DNA of 64,000 bases from Candidatus Poribacteria bacterium (GCA_965198175.1 OZ240245.1:3163030-3227029); one strand, 5' to 3'. Positions 41,030-51,976 are shown, counted from the first letter of the stretch. The notes: a model not told the origin generated them from the sequence alone. Program-made: numbers and translations.

Positions 41030-41757
41030 ATGCGCATTCGTGCGCGATTCATCTGGAACTATGTCGCGATTGTCTTGGTAATATTGCCGGCAATTTCGTA
41101 ATACCTGAATCACGCTCTGAGACAGATGCTAGATGGGCGAATCACCGACGAATTAAGAGTTAAATCGAAATTGACGCGCGAGTTTCTGATTAAGCCCCTG
41201 CCAGATACGCTTGATTACAAGGCAGTAGATGCGCTGATAGACAAACTTGGAGAAGCCACCGAGGCGCGCCTGACCTTTAGCGGGGTTGATGGAACGGTGT
41301 GGGGGGAGACCGAACGGGATGGGAAATCTTAGCGCCAGATGGACAATCGCCGTAATCGTCTAGATGTACAAGACGCCTTGTCCAGTGGAAGTAGCATAGC
41401 CGATCGATACAGCACCACTATTGAAACTTCCCTGCGTTATTACGCACTGCTGGTCTTTCGCCAAAGCGAGGTGATTGGCATCTACCGGGCGGGATAGCCC
41501 ATGCGTGAGGTCAATGCTGCCCTTGCCCGTTTTAATCACGCCGTCGTATTGACAAGCGGCGTTGGACTTGTCGGCGTGATTCTTTTGAGTATCATGGCTG
41601 CGGGACGAACCGCTAAACCCATCCAGGAACTAGTTCAAACCACGAAGGCACTTTCAGAAGGCGATGTCACTGCGCGTGTGCACACTTCTACGTCCGGGGA
41701 GCTCGCACAGTTGTGCCGTCATTTCAATCATGTGGCGCATCGGGTTGAAGCGCAATC
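41030..41757 (+). pseudogene. Sensor histidine kinase (PhoR-like) N-terminal relic: TM1, periplasmic region, TM2 and HAMP only, with three in-frame stop codons
   Basis: Single frame from ATG 41030 reads MRIRARFIWNYVAIVLVILPAIS*YLNH...GKS*RQMDNRR...[65 protein letters not shown]...HVAHRVEAQ. Stops are at 41099, 41330 and 41495. The DHp and catalytic domains are absent. Confidence 0.7.
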
Positions 41758-42230
41758 CGGAAACACAACGGATTCCTGTGGTGATGTTGACAGCGAAAGG
41801 AGAGGAGGCAGATCGGATTGTTGGGCTGGAGTTGGGAGCGGACGATTACATCACCAAACCCTTCAGCCTCAGAGAAGTTGTCCTGCGGGTTCAAGCCATA
41901 CCTAGTCGCATTGCCGGCGATCGAAACGCATCTTCTACCTCAAAACTTCGTGTCAACGGATTGACAATCGATCTGGAAAAACTTCATGGCTTCAGTGAAG
42001 CGGGGTAAATCGATCTGACTTCTACTTAGTTCAAGATGCTGTCGTTATTCGTCGGGGCACCGGGCCGTGTCTTTACCCGTAGTATTTTGATGGAAGTGGT
42101 TTGGGGACAGGAGTACTACGGCGTGGATCGCACGATAGACACGCACATCAGCCGGTTGCGACGCAAATTGGGAGATTTTGGCGATCTCATTGAGACCGTG
42201 CATGGAGTCGGTTATTGGTTCAAAGTGTAG
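41754..42230 (+). pseudogene. OmpR/PhoB-family response regulator C-terminal relic (end of receiver plus winged helix) with two in-frame stops
   Basis: [37 protein letters not shown] ... IDLTST*FKMLSLFVGAPGRVFTRSILMEVVWG...GYWFKV. Stops are TAA at 42006 and TAG at 42027 (where the Glu of TxxEF is expected). Starts out of frame directly at the HAMP end of the kinase relic. Confidence 0.7.
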
Positions 42231-42242
42231 CTCCCGTCACAA

Positions 42243-42923
42243 CTATACTGAATTGTCCTTATGCTTCAAGGCGCCCGGATGCCGAATCACATCGCCTTCA
42301 ACGAGGTAATACACCTCTTCGCCGATATTTGCCGCCAAATCGCCAATCCGCTCCAAATGGCGGAAGAGCAGCAAGGTGCTGATACCAGGGCGGATGAGTT
42401 CAGGTCGCTCAATCATGTAAGTCAACAGTTCGCGCAAGGTCTGGTCGTAGATGGCGTCCACTTGCTCATCTCGTTCCCGAACCTCTTGCGCTAAGACAGC
42501 GTCGCGGTTTACAAAGGCATCAAGCGAGTCTTTCACCATCTCCTGAACAATCCCTGCGACGCGGGGCAGATCGATAAACGGTTTAACGGGTGCATCCTGC
42601 ATCAATTCAAGGCTTCGCTGCGCGATATCGACCGACTTATCCGCCATTCGCTCTAGGTCGCGGTTTATCTTCATCGCCATCGTGAGAAAACGGACATCTG
42701 ACGCTGCGGGCTGATGGAGCGCGATGAGCTGGATGCAGTATTCTTCGATCTCATTCTCAAGTGCATCGGCTTCGTCATCATCGTCAATGACAGCGTGAGC
42801 AAGTTCCACGTCGCGGTTGAGAACGGACTCTACCGCTCGGCGCAGCATATCTTCTGCCAACCCCCCGAGTCGGAGCAGTTTCTGTTGGAGTTCCTTTAAT
42901 TCGAGTTCAAAGTGGCGCTGCAT
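42243..42923 (-). CDS. phoU: Phosphate-specific transport system accessory protein PhoU
   Basis: Two PhoU repeats (...DxxxD acidic motifs). GGAGG ribosome-binding site upstream of MQRHFE. Confidence 0.85.
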   Translation of the reverse strand: MQRHFELELKELQQKLLRLGGLAEDMLRRAVESVLNRDVELAHAVIDDDDEADALENEIEEYCIQLIALHQPAASDVRFLTMAMKINRDLERMADKSVDIAQRSLELMQDAPVKPFIDLPRVAGIVQEMVKDSLDAFVNRDAVLAQEVRERDEQVDAIYDQTLRELLTYMIERPELIRPGISTLLLFRHLERIGDLAANIGEEVYYLVEGDVIRHPGALKHKDNSV

Positions 42924-43070
42924 TGTGGCACCTCCTTTCACTGGATGATTTTAGTATCGCTCATCCCGTCCATCAAGAGATTTCTGGGCTCATTAAGTGA
43001 ATGCGTGGTCGGTAATGCCTACGTGATGAATAGTCATTCAGACCGATTGCCCCCAGAAGTTTATGACCAA

Positions 43071-43850
43071 TTAACCAAACTTGCCTGTGATGTAAGCTTC
43101 CGTCCGAGAATCCCCCGGTTTGGTGAATATTTTTTCCGTAACACCGAACTCAATCAGTTCGCCGAGGTAAAGGAAAGCGGTAAAATCAGAGACGCGCGCC
43201 GCCTGCTGCATGTTGTGCGTGACGATTAGAACTGTATAGTTGTCTTTCAGTTCCAGAATCAGTTCCTCGATTTTACCCGTGGCGATTGGATCGAGAGCTG
43301 AACACGGCTCATCAAGCAACAACACCTCGGGTTCAATCGCCAAAGTCCTGGCGATGCATAGCCGCTGTTGTTGTCCACCGGAAAGTGCGTACGCGTTGTC
43401 TTTGAGCTTGTCCTTTACTTCATTCCAAAGCGCAGCCTTTTTGAGACTCTCTTCAACAATCGTGTCAAGCTCAAGACGGTTGCGGACTCCTGAAATTTTA
43501 GGACCATAAGCCACATTGTCATAGATCGATTTTGGAAACGGGTTCTGCTTCTGAAAGACCATCCCAAGCCGCAAACGCACCTCAACCGGATCGATTGCGG
43601 GAGAATAAAGATCCTCGCCTTCCAAGAGGATCTGTCCCGCCAGCTTAAAAGTGGGGATGAAGTCGTTCATCCGATTGAAGCAGCGGATGAGCGTACTCTT
43701 GCCACATCCGGATGGACCAATCAACGCGGTCACTTTGTAACGTTCAATATCAAACGAAATATCTTTCAGCGCCGGTGTTGTGCTATACCAAGCGTTGACA
43801 TTTTGCACATTCAAGATGGAGTGTACTTTTTCGGCTTGCGAGTCTTTCAT
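43071..43850 (-). CDS. pstB: Phosphate ABC transporter ATP-binding protein PstB
   Basis: [33 protein letters not shown]. Start at MKDSQAEK. Confidence 0.9.
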   Translation of the reverse strand: MKDSQAEKVHSILNVQNVNAWYSTTPALKDISFDIERYKVTALIGPSGCGKSTLIRCFNRMNDFIPTFKLAGQILLEGEDLYSPAIDPVEVRLRLGMVFQKQNPFPKSIYDNVAYGPKISGVRNRLELDTIVEESLKKAALWNEVKDKLKDNAYALSGGQQQRLCIARTLAIEPEVLLLDEPCSALDPIATGKIEELILELKDNYTVLIVTHNMQQAARVSDFTAFLYLGELIEFGVTEKIFTKPGDSRTEAYITGKFG

Positions 43851-43857
43851 CGTTGCC

Positions 43858-44736
43858 TCACAGGTATTGTTTCTGATAACGGTTGCGCAAAAAGATAGCG
43901 AGCGCATTCAAGAGCAGCGTCACCGCCAACAGGACAACAATTCCTGCTGCGGCGTTAATGTGAAAATCTTTCTGTGGTCGGGAAACCCAATTGAATATCT
44001 GAATGGGTAACGCCGAAAATGAAGAGAGCGGGTCGTCAGGCAGAAACGGGACATAGGTCAGTGCCCCGATTGTAATCAATGGAGCGGTCTCACCAATCGC
44101 ACGGGAAATTGCAAGGATTACGCCGGTGAGAATCCCCGGAAATGCCATGGGCAAGACATGGTGACTTATCGTCTGCCAACGTGAGGCGCCTAATGCGTAT
44201 GCCGCTTCGCGGATGGTATCCGGCACTGACCGAATTGCCTCGCGAGCGGCAATTATGACAATCGGAAGCACCAGTAACACCAATGTTAACGCCCCCGCTA
44301 GAAGGCTCTTATCCAAGCGCATTGCCCTGACAAATAGTCCCAAACCTAAGAGCCCATAGATAATCGAAGGGACCCCTGCTAAATTGGCGACATTCACTTC
44401 AATGATGCGACTGATACGACTTGATTGATTTGTATATTCTTCAAGATAGATTGCGGCGCCCACACCTATCGGGACGCCAATTAACGCGGTTAGGATAATC
44501 AGGTACACACTTCCGACCAACGCCGAGAAAATTCCAGCTTCTGCCGGCTTTCGGGAGGGAAAGCTGGTGAGAAATTCCCAACCGAGTCGTGGAACTCCGT
44601 CGATTAGCGCATCAATGAGCAACGCTCCCAATGTTATAAGCGCAATCAACACGCCGATTGCTGCAACAAGCTGAAAGATTCGATCGTTCCACTTTTGTCG
44701 GTTGAGTAGCGTTTTGAGTTGCGTTCTTGAGGTCAT
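43858..44736 (-). CDS. pstA: Phosphate ABC transporter permease PstA
   Basis: EAAxALGA permease motif ([13 protein letters not shown]). Start overlaps the pstC stop (ATGA). Confidence 0.85.
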   Translation of the reverse strand: MTSRTQLKTLLNRQKWNDRIFQLVAAIGVLIALITLGALLIDALIDGVPRLGWEFLTSFPSRKPAEAGIFSALVGSVYLIILTALIGVPIGVGAAIYLEEYTNQSSRISRIIEVNVANLAGVPSIIYGLLGLGLFVRAMRLDKSLLAGALTLVLLVLPIVIIAAREAIRSVPDTIREAAYALGASRWQTISHHVLPMAFPGILTGVILAISRAIGETAPLITIGALTYVPFLPDDPLSSFSALPIQIFNWVSRPQKDFHINAAAGIVVLLAVTLLLNALAIFLRNRYQKQYL

Positions 44737-45644
44737 TCGTACCTTTCCCTAAAGCGCTGGCGCATCCGGTCGGCGAAGATGTTGAGTACAAAAGTTGAAA
44801 GAAACAGAACCATACCCACCGCAAAAATCGTTCGGTATTCAAGCGTGCCGCTCGGCGTGTCACCCAAACTGACCTGAACGATGTAGGTAGTTATCGTCTC
44901 AATGGCGACCAACGGGTTAAACGTGAGATTGGCTTTCTGGCCCGCTGCGATTGAAACCAACATCGTCTCACCGATGGCGCGCGAAACTGCGATAACAAAA
45001 GATGCCGTGATACCGGAGAACGCTGCTGGTACAACTACCCGCCAAGCTACCTGAAGACGCGAAGACCCCAACGCATAGGCTGCATCTCGCAAACTCCGTG
45101 GCACGGCAAACATCGCATCCTCGCTTAACGACGAGACCAGCGGTAAGATCATGATGCCCATTACAATGCCGGGCGAAAGCGCGTTAAACCCTTCAAGAGA
45201 AGGAATAAAACGCTGCAAAAGCGGCGTGACAAATAGCAGGGCAAAGTAGCCATAGACAATTGTGGGAACGCCAGCCAATATCTCCAAGATGGGTTTCAAC
45301 ACGCGCCGCAGCCTATCTGGCGCGTATTCGCTCAGGAAGATTGCTGTCAATATTCCTAGTGGCACCGCCATGAGCATGGCGATTAGCGACGTTAAGACAG
45401 TCCCTGACAGGAGCGGAAGCACTCCGAACCGTTTGTTGACGGAGAGCGGTGCCCACTCTGTGCCGGTTAGAAAATCGAAGACCGAAACCTCCTCGAAAAA
45501 GGCGATTGTCTCGAACAAGAGCACGCCGATGATGCCAACGGTCGTTAAAATTGAGAGCAGTCCACAAGCCAAAAGGCTCCGTTCAATGATTCGTTCAATG
45601 ATTTGCTCGATGATTCGAGATAGCTTTTTCTGCTTGGTTTTCAT
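44733..45644 (-). CDS. pstC: Phosphate ABC transporter permease PstC
   Basis: EAAxALG motif ([13 protein letters not shown]). Confidence 0.85.
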   Translation of the reverse strand: MKTKQKKLSRIIEQIIERIIERSLLACGLLSILTTVGIIGVLLFETIAFFEEVSVFDFLTGTEWAPLSVNKRFGVLPLLSGTVLTSLIAMLMAVPLGILTAIFLSEYAPDRLRRVLKPILEILAGVPTIVYGYFALLFVTPLLQRFIPSLEGFNALSPGIVMGIMILPLVSSLSEDAMFAVPRSLRDAAYALGSSRLQVAWRVVVPAAFSGITASFVIAVSRAIGETMLVSIAAGQKANLTFNPLVAIETITTYIVQVSLGDTPSGTLEYRTIFAVGMVLFLSTFVLNIFADRMRQRFRERYE

Positions 45645-45666
45645 AGGAATCGGTCATCGCAATTGA

Positions 45667-45696
45667 GGGGTTCGATGAAAAATCGAAAGGAACCCC
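45667..45696 (-). promoter_or_regulatory. Intercistronic stem-loop between pstS and pstC (GGGGTTC ... GAACCCC, 7-bp stem, loop with an internal CGAT..ATCG palindrome)
   Basis: Perfect 7-bp inverted repeat in the 85-nt pstS-pstC spacer. Confidence 0.45.
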
Positions 45697-45729
45697 ATCG
45701 TTGTTCGACCACGAAATACTGAGAGTCCC

Positions 45730-46737
45730 TTAATTCATGTCACCGCGGAGCACGTCATCAATCGAGACACCCGTTGTCGAGCCTTTACCGCCGAAGACTG
45801 AACCGGTGACGCGGTTTTGGAAACGCTGCCGGATGAGTTGGTATGTCTCGTCCGGCAGCGGAATGTAGTCAACTTCCTCCGTCAATGTTTTCGCGTGCTT
45901 TAGATAGAACTCAACAAATCTCTCAACCTCAGGACGATCAGCGGACTGCTTGCTTACGTAAATGAAAATTGGCCTTGAGAGCGGCTGATAGGTCGCATTC
46001 TTGACCGTTTCAAGTGAGGGTACGATTGGGCCGTCGCCGTTGTCCGATTTTTCATCATCAATCGGTACGAGCTTCAGAATATCCCGATTCGCTTCGTAGT
46101 AGGCGAGTCCAAAGACCCCGAGCGCGTACCGGTCATAGGCGACCGCCTGCACAAGCACATTGTCATCTTCGCTAACGACAAAATCGCCGCGACTCGCTCC
46201 CTCTTCGCCACAGACGGCTTTCGTAAAGTAGTCATAGGAGCCAGAATCCGCCCCCGGACCAGCCAGTGAGATCTTCTTTTTGGGCCACTCAGGTCGAATC
46301 TGATTCCAATACATGATTTGTCCCTGTGACTCCGGCTCCCAAAGCTTTTTGAGTTCCGCAACGGTCAAGTAATCCACCCAATCATTTTTCGGGTTGATTG
46401 TAACCGCCAATCCGTCGAATGCCACCGGCAGTTCAATGTATTCGATGCCGTTCTTCTTGCACAATTCCACCTCGGTCGGTTTGATAGGACGCGACGCATT
46501 GGTCACGTCGGTTTCGCCCCGCCCGAATTGCTTAAACCCGCCGCCGGTTCCGGAAATACCAACAGTAACTCTGAGTTTGCGGTTTTCTTTCTGGAATTCT
46601 TCAGCCACCGCTTCGGTGATAGGGAAGACGGTGCTAGAACCATCCACTTCAATCAAATAGGAATCGTCGCCACAACCGCTGAAAAACACGCTCGACAGGA
46701 GCGCAAGTATGCCGATCCATCTGAATCGATAATACAT
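45730..46737 (-). CDS. pstS: Phosphate-binding lipoprotein PstS
   Basis: Start at [22 protein letters not shown] (lipobox) with a GAGAGGTGAG ribosome-binding site. PBP-like body ([10 protein letters not shown]). Confidence 0.85.
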   Translation of the reverse strand: MYYRFRWIGILALLSSVFFSGCGDDSYLIEVDGSSTVFPITEAVAEEFQKENRKLRVTVGISGTGGGFKQFGRGETDVTNASRPIKPTEVELCKKNGIEYIELPVAFDGLAVTINPKNDWVDYLTVAELKKLWEPESQGQIMYWNQIRPEWPKKKISLAGPGADSGSYDYFTKAVCGEEGASRGDFVVSEDDNVLVQAVAYDRYALGVFGLAYYEANRDILKLVPIDDEKSDNGDGPIVPSLETVKNATYQPLSRPIFIYVSKQSADRPEVERFVEFYLKHAKTLTEEVDYIPLPDETYQLIRQRFQNRVTGSVFGGKGSTTGVSIDDVLRGDMN

Positions 46738-46862
46738 GATAAACCACTCACCTCTCTTCCATCGGTCGAAACCGCAGAACACGATCTTTACACTAAGAAT
46801 ACTTAGGAGGCTCGCACCTCCCTGAAAATGGGTTTGCATAACACCTCCACTTCATGGACGTT

Positions 46863-46898
46863 GTAAGTGTAACACTCAGATGTTACAAATTTATGACA
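46863..46898 (-). promoter_or_regulatory. Pho-box-like direct repeats upstream of pstS (minus strand: TGTCATA-aatt-TGTAACA-tctgag-TGTTACA)
   Basis: 7-bp repeats with 4-bp spacing resemble the PhoB-binding Pho box (CTGTCATA-4-CTGTCAC), about 130-160 nt upstream of the pstS start. Confidence 0.4.
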
Positions 46899-47094
46899 TT
46901 TCTGCGACTTTGTGAAGAAAATTTTACTCTAGGGGACGGTGGATTATGCGCTACCCCGGTTCCTTCGGAACGTCCTCTCGCCCGCATGGGCGGCGATTGG
47001 GTTGTCATTCTCCAACTTTCGTTGTGGCTAGACTGTTGAGCAAAGGACATCTCAAACCGTAAGAGCGTCTTAAACCTAATGGGGGTTGCGTTGG

Positions 47095-47895
47095 CTAGCT
47101 CATGGATGTTCCACCATCGACATGGATGCTCTGACCGGTGATGTTCCGCGCCTCCTCCGATGCCAAGAACGCCACCAGGTTGCCGATATCCTCCGGCGTC
47201 TGCTCTCGCTGAAGAGGAGTGTTCTGTTTCACCCAAAGGTCGAACACCTGACGCGGCTCAAGGTCAGTGTAATCGGAATTGTCTCGCGCGACGAGCGGGG
47301 CGAGTTTCCGCCAGAACGCGGTCCAGACCAAGCCCGGACAGACCGCATTCACATTGATATTGTGGGGACCGAGATCCTTGGCTACCAATCGTGTCAGGTT
47401 CAAAAGGGCGTTTTTCGCTGCCGCATAGGCTGGCAAAACTTGTGGGTCTCGCTTTGCCGCGATGGAGGAGATGTTGATTATCTTCCCATACTTTCGTTCC
47501 ATCATATGCGGTGCAACGGCTTTGCAGAGGAAAAACGGACCTTTGACGTTGACGGCATAGTTGTCGTCCCAGTCCGCCTCGGTCTGGTTCGTGAAGGGCA
47601 GCCCTAACTGCTCGCCGAAATGTCCGGCGTTATTCACAAGGATGTCCAGGTTCCCGAACGCATTCCGCGCCTCATTCACTAAATCTTTGCAGTCATCCTC
47701 ACTCGTCACATCTGACCGAACCGCAAGTCCGCGCCGACCCGTGTCCTCTATCATTTCGACACAACGCCTCGCGGCGTCCAAGTTTATGTCCGACACAACT
47801 ATATCCGCACCTTCTCGTGCGAGGCACGCGCATATACCGCGCCCCATCCCGCCGCCACCACCGGTAACAACGGCAATTCTACCTTCTAAGCGCAT
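47095..47895 (-). CDS. SDR-family oxidoreductase (3-oxoacyl-ACP reductase-like)
   Basis: TGGGGGMG Rossmann motif, NNAG, catalytic YxxxK (YAAAK). AAGGAG ribosome-binding site before MRLEG. Confidence 0.8.
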   Translation of the reverse strand: MRLEGRIAVVTGGGGGMGRGICACLAREGADIVVSDINLDAARRCVEMIEDTGRRGLAVRSDVTSEDDCKDLVNEARNAFGNLDILVNNAGHFGEQLGLPFTNQTEADWDDNYAVNVKGPFFLCKAVAPHMMERKYGKIINISSIAAKRDPQVLPAYAAAKNALLNLTRLVAKDLGPHNINVNAVCPGLVWTAFWRKLAPLVARDNSDYTDLEPRQVFDLWVKQNTPLQREQTPEDIGNLVAFLASEEARNITGQSIHVDGGTSMS

Positions 47896-48056
47896 GTGAG
47901 GCTCCTTTCGAGAAGTTAGATGGACTAGCAATGCCCCGCACAGACAGCACGCAAAGAAACCGAGTTTTTCAAAAAAACTCGGTTTCTTCCGATTACCCCT
48001 CACTGTCGTTGAAAAAAATTACTATAGTTTCCATGATATATTTACGTTTTGACGGT

Positions 48057-48974
48057 TCAATTGAAATTACGGTCCCCATCCGATTCAACGTCAAAATCAT
48101 CGCCATTCTTTAAAAGCGCTCGAGTTCTGTCGTGGAACTCTCGATCATTATCATTTGAGATGTAATCACCGCATATTCTACGGAAGACAGCGTTCTCTAT
48201 AATGCTGTCAATGTAACCATAGTCAAGCTTGGTTCGCCGCTGAATTTCCGTTGGATCCACACCGTTTTTGTACATACCGAGTACCTCGTGCTCGACGCGT
48301 TGACGCAACATCCATTCTTTCAACTCATCTTCAGTGACGCCGGTCTCCGCAGTTATTTCATCGAAGCTTTTGCCTCGGCGCAGCATACCGTGCGCTTCGA
48401 CTTCGGCTGCTGTTTTGTTTATCACTTCTATTGCGTTTTCAATGATCTCAGATTCTGATTCTGGTGACTGCGATTCAACCAATTGCGCTTCCGCTACCGT
48501 GTCCTCGTCATGGTTGTCTTGCACGACTGCTGGGAGAGGCGGTTTGATGTTCTTGACGGCTTGATTCAGCGTTAGCAACGCTTTGGGAACGAGCGAGATT
48601 TGTTCTTTTGGGCTAAGGGATGAAATTGTAGATTCCAGATTGTCAAATGCGGCGTTCAACGCAGTCACAGACTTGGATTCGAGTTGCCGGAGGTGCTTTT
48701 CTCGTGCCGTAGCATAATTAGCCTGCATTAGCCTATATTGCTTAGCCCACTTTTCGGCGTTGTATCGGCTGTCGTTCGGGTTGACGGTGCAGATGGCTTC
48801 TTTCGCCAATCGACGGTCGGCTTTTGGATCGCCTGTAGATCGCTCCGGATATCGCTCGACAAGCGCGTCAGCGACTTCGGTTGTGCCATAGTCCTGCGCA
48901 AACATGGCGAGCCATTCAGCGAGTTCGGATTGAGTCTGGTGGTACGGGTTTTTGTAACTTCGTTTTTGTGTCAT
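48057..48974 (-). CDS. Hypothetical acidic protein (305 aa) with two HTH-like segments in the C-terminal third; divergent from dndC
   Basis: ORF only. Segments KSFDEITAETGVTEDELKEWM and VDPTEIQRRTKLDYGYIDSII look like helix-turn-helix motifs. Confidence 0.35.
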   Translation of the reverse strand: MTQKRSYKNPYHQTQSELAEWLAMFAQDYGTTEVADALVERYPERSTGDPKADRRLAKEAICTVNPNDSRYNAEKWAKQYRLMQANYATAREKHLRQLESKSVTALNAAFDNLESTISSLSPKEQISLVPKALLTLNQAVKNIKPPLPAVVQDNHDEDTVAEAQLVESQSPESESEIIENAIEVINKTAAEVEAHGMLRRGKSFDEITAETGVTEDELKEWMLRQRVEHEVLGMYKNGVDPTEIQRRTKLDYGYIDSIIENAVFRRICGDYISNDNDREFHDRTRALLKNGDDFDVESDGDRNFN

Positions 48975-49353
48975 TTTATCCTCTCTGGTGATTTAGATGG
49001 AACGTCTAGGTGATTTGTCCTTTCGACGGTTACAATAATCCTACGTTTTTCGTGTATATTATACCACATCTGAGCTGTATCATGCAGGCGTTTTATATCA
49101 ACTAATATTTAGGTATTTGAACACCGAAAGCCTCCTGGTTCAGCAGTTCATCGCCGGATAGCGTAACACCTCAATGAATCGGGTAACTAATACTTGTGCT
49201 GAGCGCATTAAAACTTTGAATGGAGATTTTCAAGCGCGTTTTGAAAAAAAAGGGGGTTGAAAGCCGTTTGAATGAATCTTTATTGAACTCGCTCTGATTT
49301 TTTGCTATACTTAAAACAACTTCAATACGAATCAACACCAAGGAGATTATCCA

Positions 49354-50775
49354 ATGGCTAAGGAGACCGATGAAAAAGCGTATTCCATTTTTAATAATCG
49401 TACCGTTGCAGACATTCATCAAGGAATCCAGGAGGTTTATCTCTCCGATTCACGTCCATGGGTAGTGGGCTATAGCGGCGGAAAGGACTCAACGACGGCG
49501 CTTCAACTGATATGGTATGCCCTCGAAGAACTTCCGCCTGAACAACGGCAAAAACCAGTTTACGTCATCACGTCCGACACGCTGGTGGAAACCCCTGTGA
49601 TTGTGGATTACATTACGAGCACCTTGGATCGAATTGAACAGGCTGCCCGAAAATCAGGGATGCCGTTTCAAACGCACATTGTCACACCGAAAACGGACGA
49701 GACGTTTTGGGTGAACCTCATCGGCAAGGGGTATGGGGCTCCGTACTCGAAATTTCGTTGGTGCACCGATCGGATGAAGATTCAGCCAGCGAATCGATTC
49801 ATACTTGAGAAAGTGGCTGACTATGGCGAAGTCGTTCTAATTCTCGGTGTTCGCAAAGGGGAGAGCACAACACGAGATCAGGTGTTGAGTTTGCATCAAA
49901 TCAAGGGGTCCCAACTTTCGCGCCATACGTCACTACCCAACGCTTTTGTGTACACGCCAATCGTCGACTTTGGTCTCAACGATGTGTGGATTTACCTGTT
50001 TCAAGTCCCCTCGCCATGGGAAAATGACAACAAGGAGTTATTTGCGCTGTATCGTAATGCAAACGCAGGGGAATGTCCGTTAGTCGTTGACGAGACGACG
50101 CCTTCTTGCGGCAATAGCCGATTCGGGTGCTGGACGTGTACCGTTGTCTCGAAAGACAGGTCAATGGAAGCGATGATTGACAACGGCGAGGATTGGATGA
50201 TGCCGTTACTCGAATTTCGGGACTTTCTCGCCTCAACGCAGGAACCGGAAAACAAGGCTAAAATTCGGGAACATCGCCGTCGTGGCGGATTTGTTAGTGA
50301 ACGAAATGGGCAGTTGGTTCGTGGACCCTATAAATTGGAGTTTTGTAAAGAACTGCTACGAAGACTTCTAGAAACACAACAGCAGGTTCGTCAGGAAGGT
50401 CCCGATCCAAACATTGAGTTAATCACTCCACCAGAGCTTGAAGAGATTCGTAGAATCTGGCGGACCGAGCGTCAAGATTGGGAGGATTGTGTACCACAGA
50501 TTTATCGAGAGGTTGTGGGCGAAAAACTCGACTGGATTGAGGATGACCTTGGGACATTCACAGCGTCCGATAAAGCGATTTTAGAAGAGCTATGTATCGA
50601 CTCGGAAATTCCTGTTACGCTCGTTGCGAAGTTACTCGACACGGAGAGGCAATTCTACGGAATGAGTCGTCGGGCGGCAATATATGACCGAATCAATGCG
50701 GTTTTTCACGAAGATTGGCGATCTGAAGGAACTGTGCTTGCCGACCTTGAAAAGGACGTGGAGAATATGAACTGA
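49354..50775 (+). CDS. dndC: DndC-like DNA-phosphorothioation PAPS-reductase-family sulfurtransferase
   Basis: YSGGKDST PP-loop, FRWCTDRMKIQP, LGVRKGESTTRD, Cys cluster CGNSRFGCWTCT. Stop overlaps the dndD start (ATGA). Confidence 0.75.
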   Translation: MAKETDEKAYSIFNNRTVADIHQGIQEVYLSDSRPWVVGYSGGKDSTTALQLIWYALEELPPEQRQKPVYVITSDTLVETPVIVDYITSTLDRIEQAARKSGMPFQTHIVTPKTDETFWVNLIGKGYGAPYSKFRWCTDRMKIQPANRFILEKVADYGEVVLILGVRKGESTTRDQVLSLHQIKGSQLSRHTSLPNAFVYTPIVDFGLNDVWIYLFQVPSPWENDNKELFALYRNANAGECPLVVDETTPSCGNSRFGCWTCTVVSKDRSMEAMIDNGEDWMMPLLEFRDFLASTQEPENKAKIREHRRRGGFVSERNGQLVRGPYKLEFCKELLRRLLETQQQVRQEGPDPNIELITPPELEEIRRIWRTERQDWEDCVPQIYREVVGEKLDWIEDDLGTFTASDKAILEELCIDSEIPVTLVAKLLDTERQFYGMSRRAAIYDRINAVFHEDWRSEGTVLADLEKDVENMN

Positions 50776-51008
50776 TGATCCTCCACCGACTCACACTCAA
50801 AGATTTTGGACTCTTTTCTGGGGAGCAGACGTTTTGTCTGACTCCGCGAATCAGATACAAGAAGCGGCGTCCTGTCATCCTCATTGGAGGCAAAAGCGGG
50901 ACAGGCAAGACAACTATACTTGAAGCTGTACGTCTCTGTTTGTACGGTCCCCGATCGTTGGGCAACCGTCAATGGGTAACCAATCCTATTCAACTGTCAC
51001 CTAATTAG
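50775..51008 (+). pseudogene. dndD: 5' stub (77 codons) of dndD (SMC-like ABC ATPase); homology ends after the Walker A region
   Basis: MILHRLTLKDFGLFSGEQTF...VILIGGKSGTGKTTILEAVRLCLYGPRSLGNR matches the DndD N-terminus, then diverges and stops 20 nt before the convergent HNH gene. Confidence 0.7.
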
Positions 51009-51028
51009 GATAGTTTTGTGTAATTAAG

Positions 51029-51946
51029 TCATTCTCGAAAAACATTTCCGCGATGCCACGCCATGGCGTCCTGCGCAGGATAAAACTTAGCTTGGTCAGG
51101 CAACTGTATTCTTTTTTTTCGGAGTTCGATGAGTACCCACTCTGACGCATGTTGGTCGTATAATTCCGGTGAAACCTTGACTCTATAAGTCTTGCTCAAC
51201 GAGATTAGTCCTCTGTCAAATGCCCAATGATGCAGCTTGCACAACGAAATCCCGTTCCGTACATCGTTATTTTGAAAGGCATGATACGGGATGATGTGGG
51301 CGGCATCGGTTGCGCTCTCTCCGTCTGTAGTGACGATACACAACTCGCAGACAGCACAAGTATAGTTGTACAGTTGCATGATTGCGCGACGGAAACCCGC
51401 TTGACGAATGCGAATTATCCTTTGGACTAGTGTCGCTGGTTGTTCCGCTACCAAAGGAAGTTTGGTCCTAGTGAATAGTGAATAGGTATATTTCCAAGTC
51501 TCCTGATTCTCCGCAATGAGATTTACCAATTCTTCCTCGAAGTCTGGAAAATAGGTTTGGATAAGCGTTTGGCGTAGCACCTCTCGACTGGCTGGATCGA
51601 CCAACAAAACAAAGAGTTCGTCATCAAGCGTCGAATGGGATACAAGTTTACGTAGACGAGATATGCTTGTGATCCGACGTGCGCTACTCAATTCCCTTTC
51701 ATACCCTGCGTTTGCATGGAGGTGCCAAAATCCAGTACTCTTTTTACCTTTTAAGTGAAAAAACGGCATAGCGATGTTAGGTTGCCGTTCGGTCACTATT
51801 GGCCAATACTTGAGGAAAGTTGCCGCTAATTCAGCACACAAGCGAATTTTGTTTTCGGAAAACTGTCCACTATCTATCAACTCTATGATCGACAAGAGAA
51901 GGACCTGCTGATGTGGTGCGGGACCATGCGCCATGTCTACATTCAA
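51029..51946 (-). CDS. HNH endonuclease-family protein (HNH_2-like) with an N-terminal domain of unknown function
   Basis: C-terminal CAVCEL...AAHIIPY...NGISLCKLHHWAFDRGLIS HNH motif. Confidence 0.65.
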   Translation of the reverse strand: MNVDMAHGPAPHQQVLLLSIIELIDSGQFSENKIRLCAELAATFLKYWPIVTERQPNIAMPFFHLKGKKSTGFWHLHANAGYERELSSARRITSISRLRKLVSHSTLDDELFVLLVDPASREVLRQTLIQTYFPDFEEELVNLIAENQETWKYTYSLFTRTKLPLVAEQPATLVQRIIRIRQAGFRRAIMQLYNYTCAVCELCIVTTDGESATDAAHIIPYHAFQNNDVRNGISLCKLHHWAFDRGLISLSKTYRVKVSPELYDQHASEWVLIELRKKRIQLPDQAKFYPAQDAMAWHRGNVFRE

Positions 51947-51976
51947 GTGACTGAATTTGTGGATATATTTTCTTAA

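Noticed and set aside
41030-42230. Stop-codon reassignment or programmed read-through as the explanation for five in-frame stops
   Set aside because: TAA, TAG and TGA all terminate well-conserved genes elsewhere in the window (ssb, dnaB, cysS, dndC and others), and the locus also carries a domain-level deletion. Pseudogene is the simpler reading.
46883-47236. ORF 46883-47236 (minus) and 47086-47607 (plus) in the pstS-SDR spacer and over the SDR gene
   Set aside because: Arg/Gly-rich low-complexity translations. They overlap the SDR gene or the 5' region of pstS.
48057-48974. The 305-aa divergent neighbour of dndC as DndB or DndA
   Set aside because: No DGQHR motif (DndB) and no PLP-fold cysteine-desulfurase features (DndA). 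Left as hypothetical.
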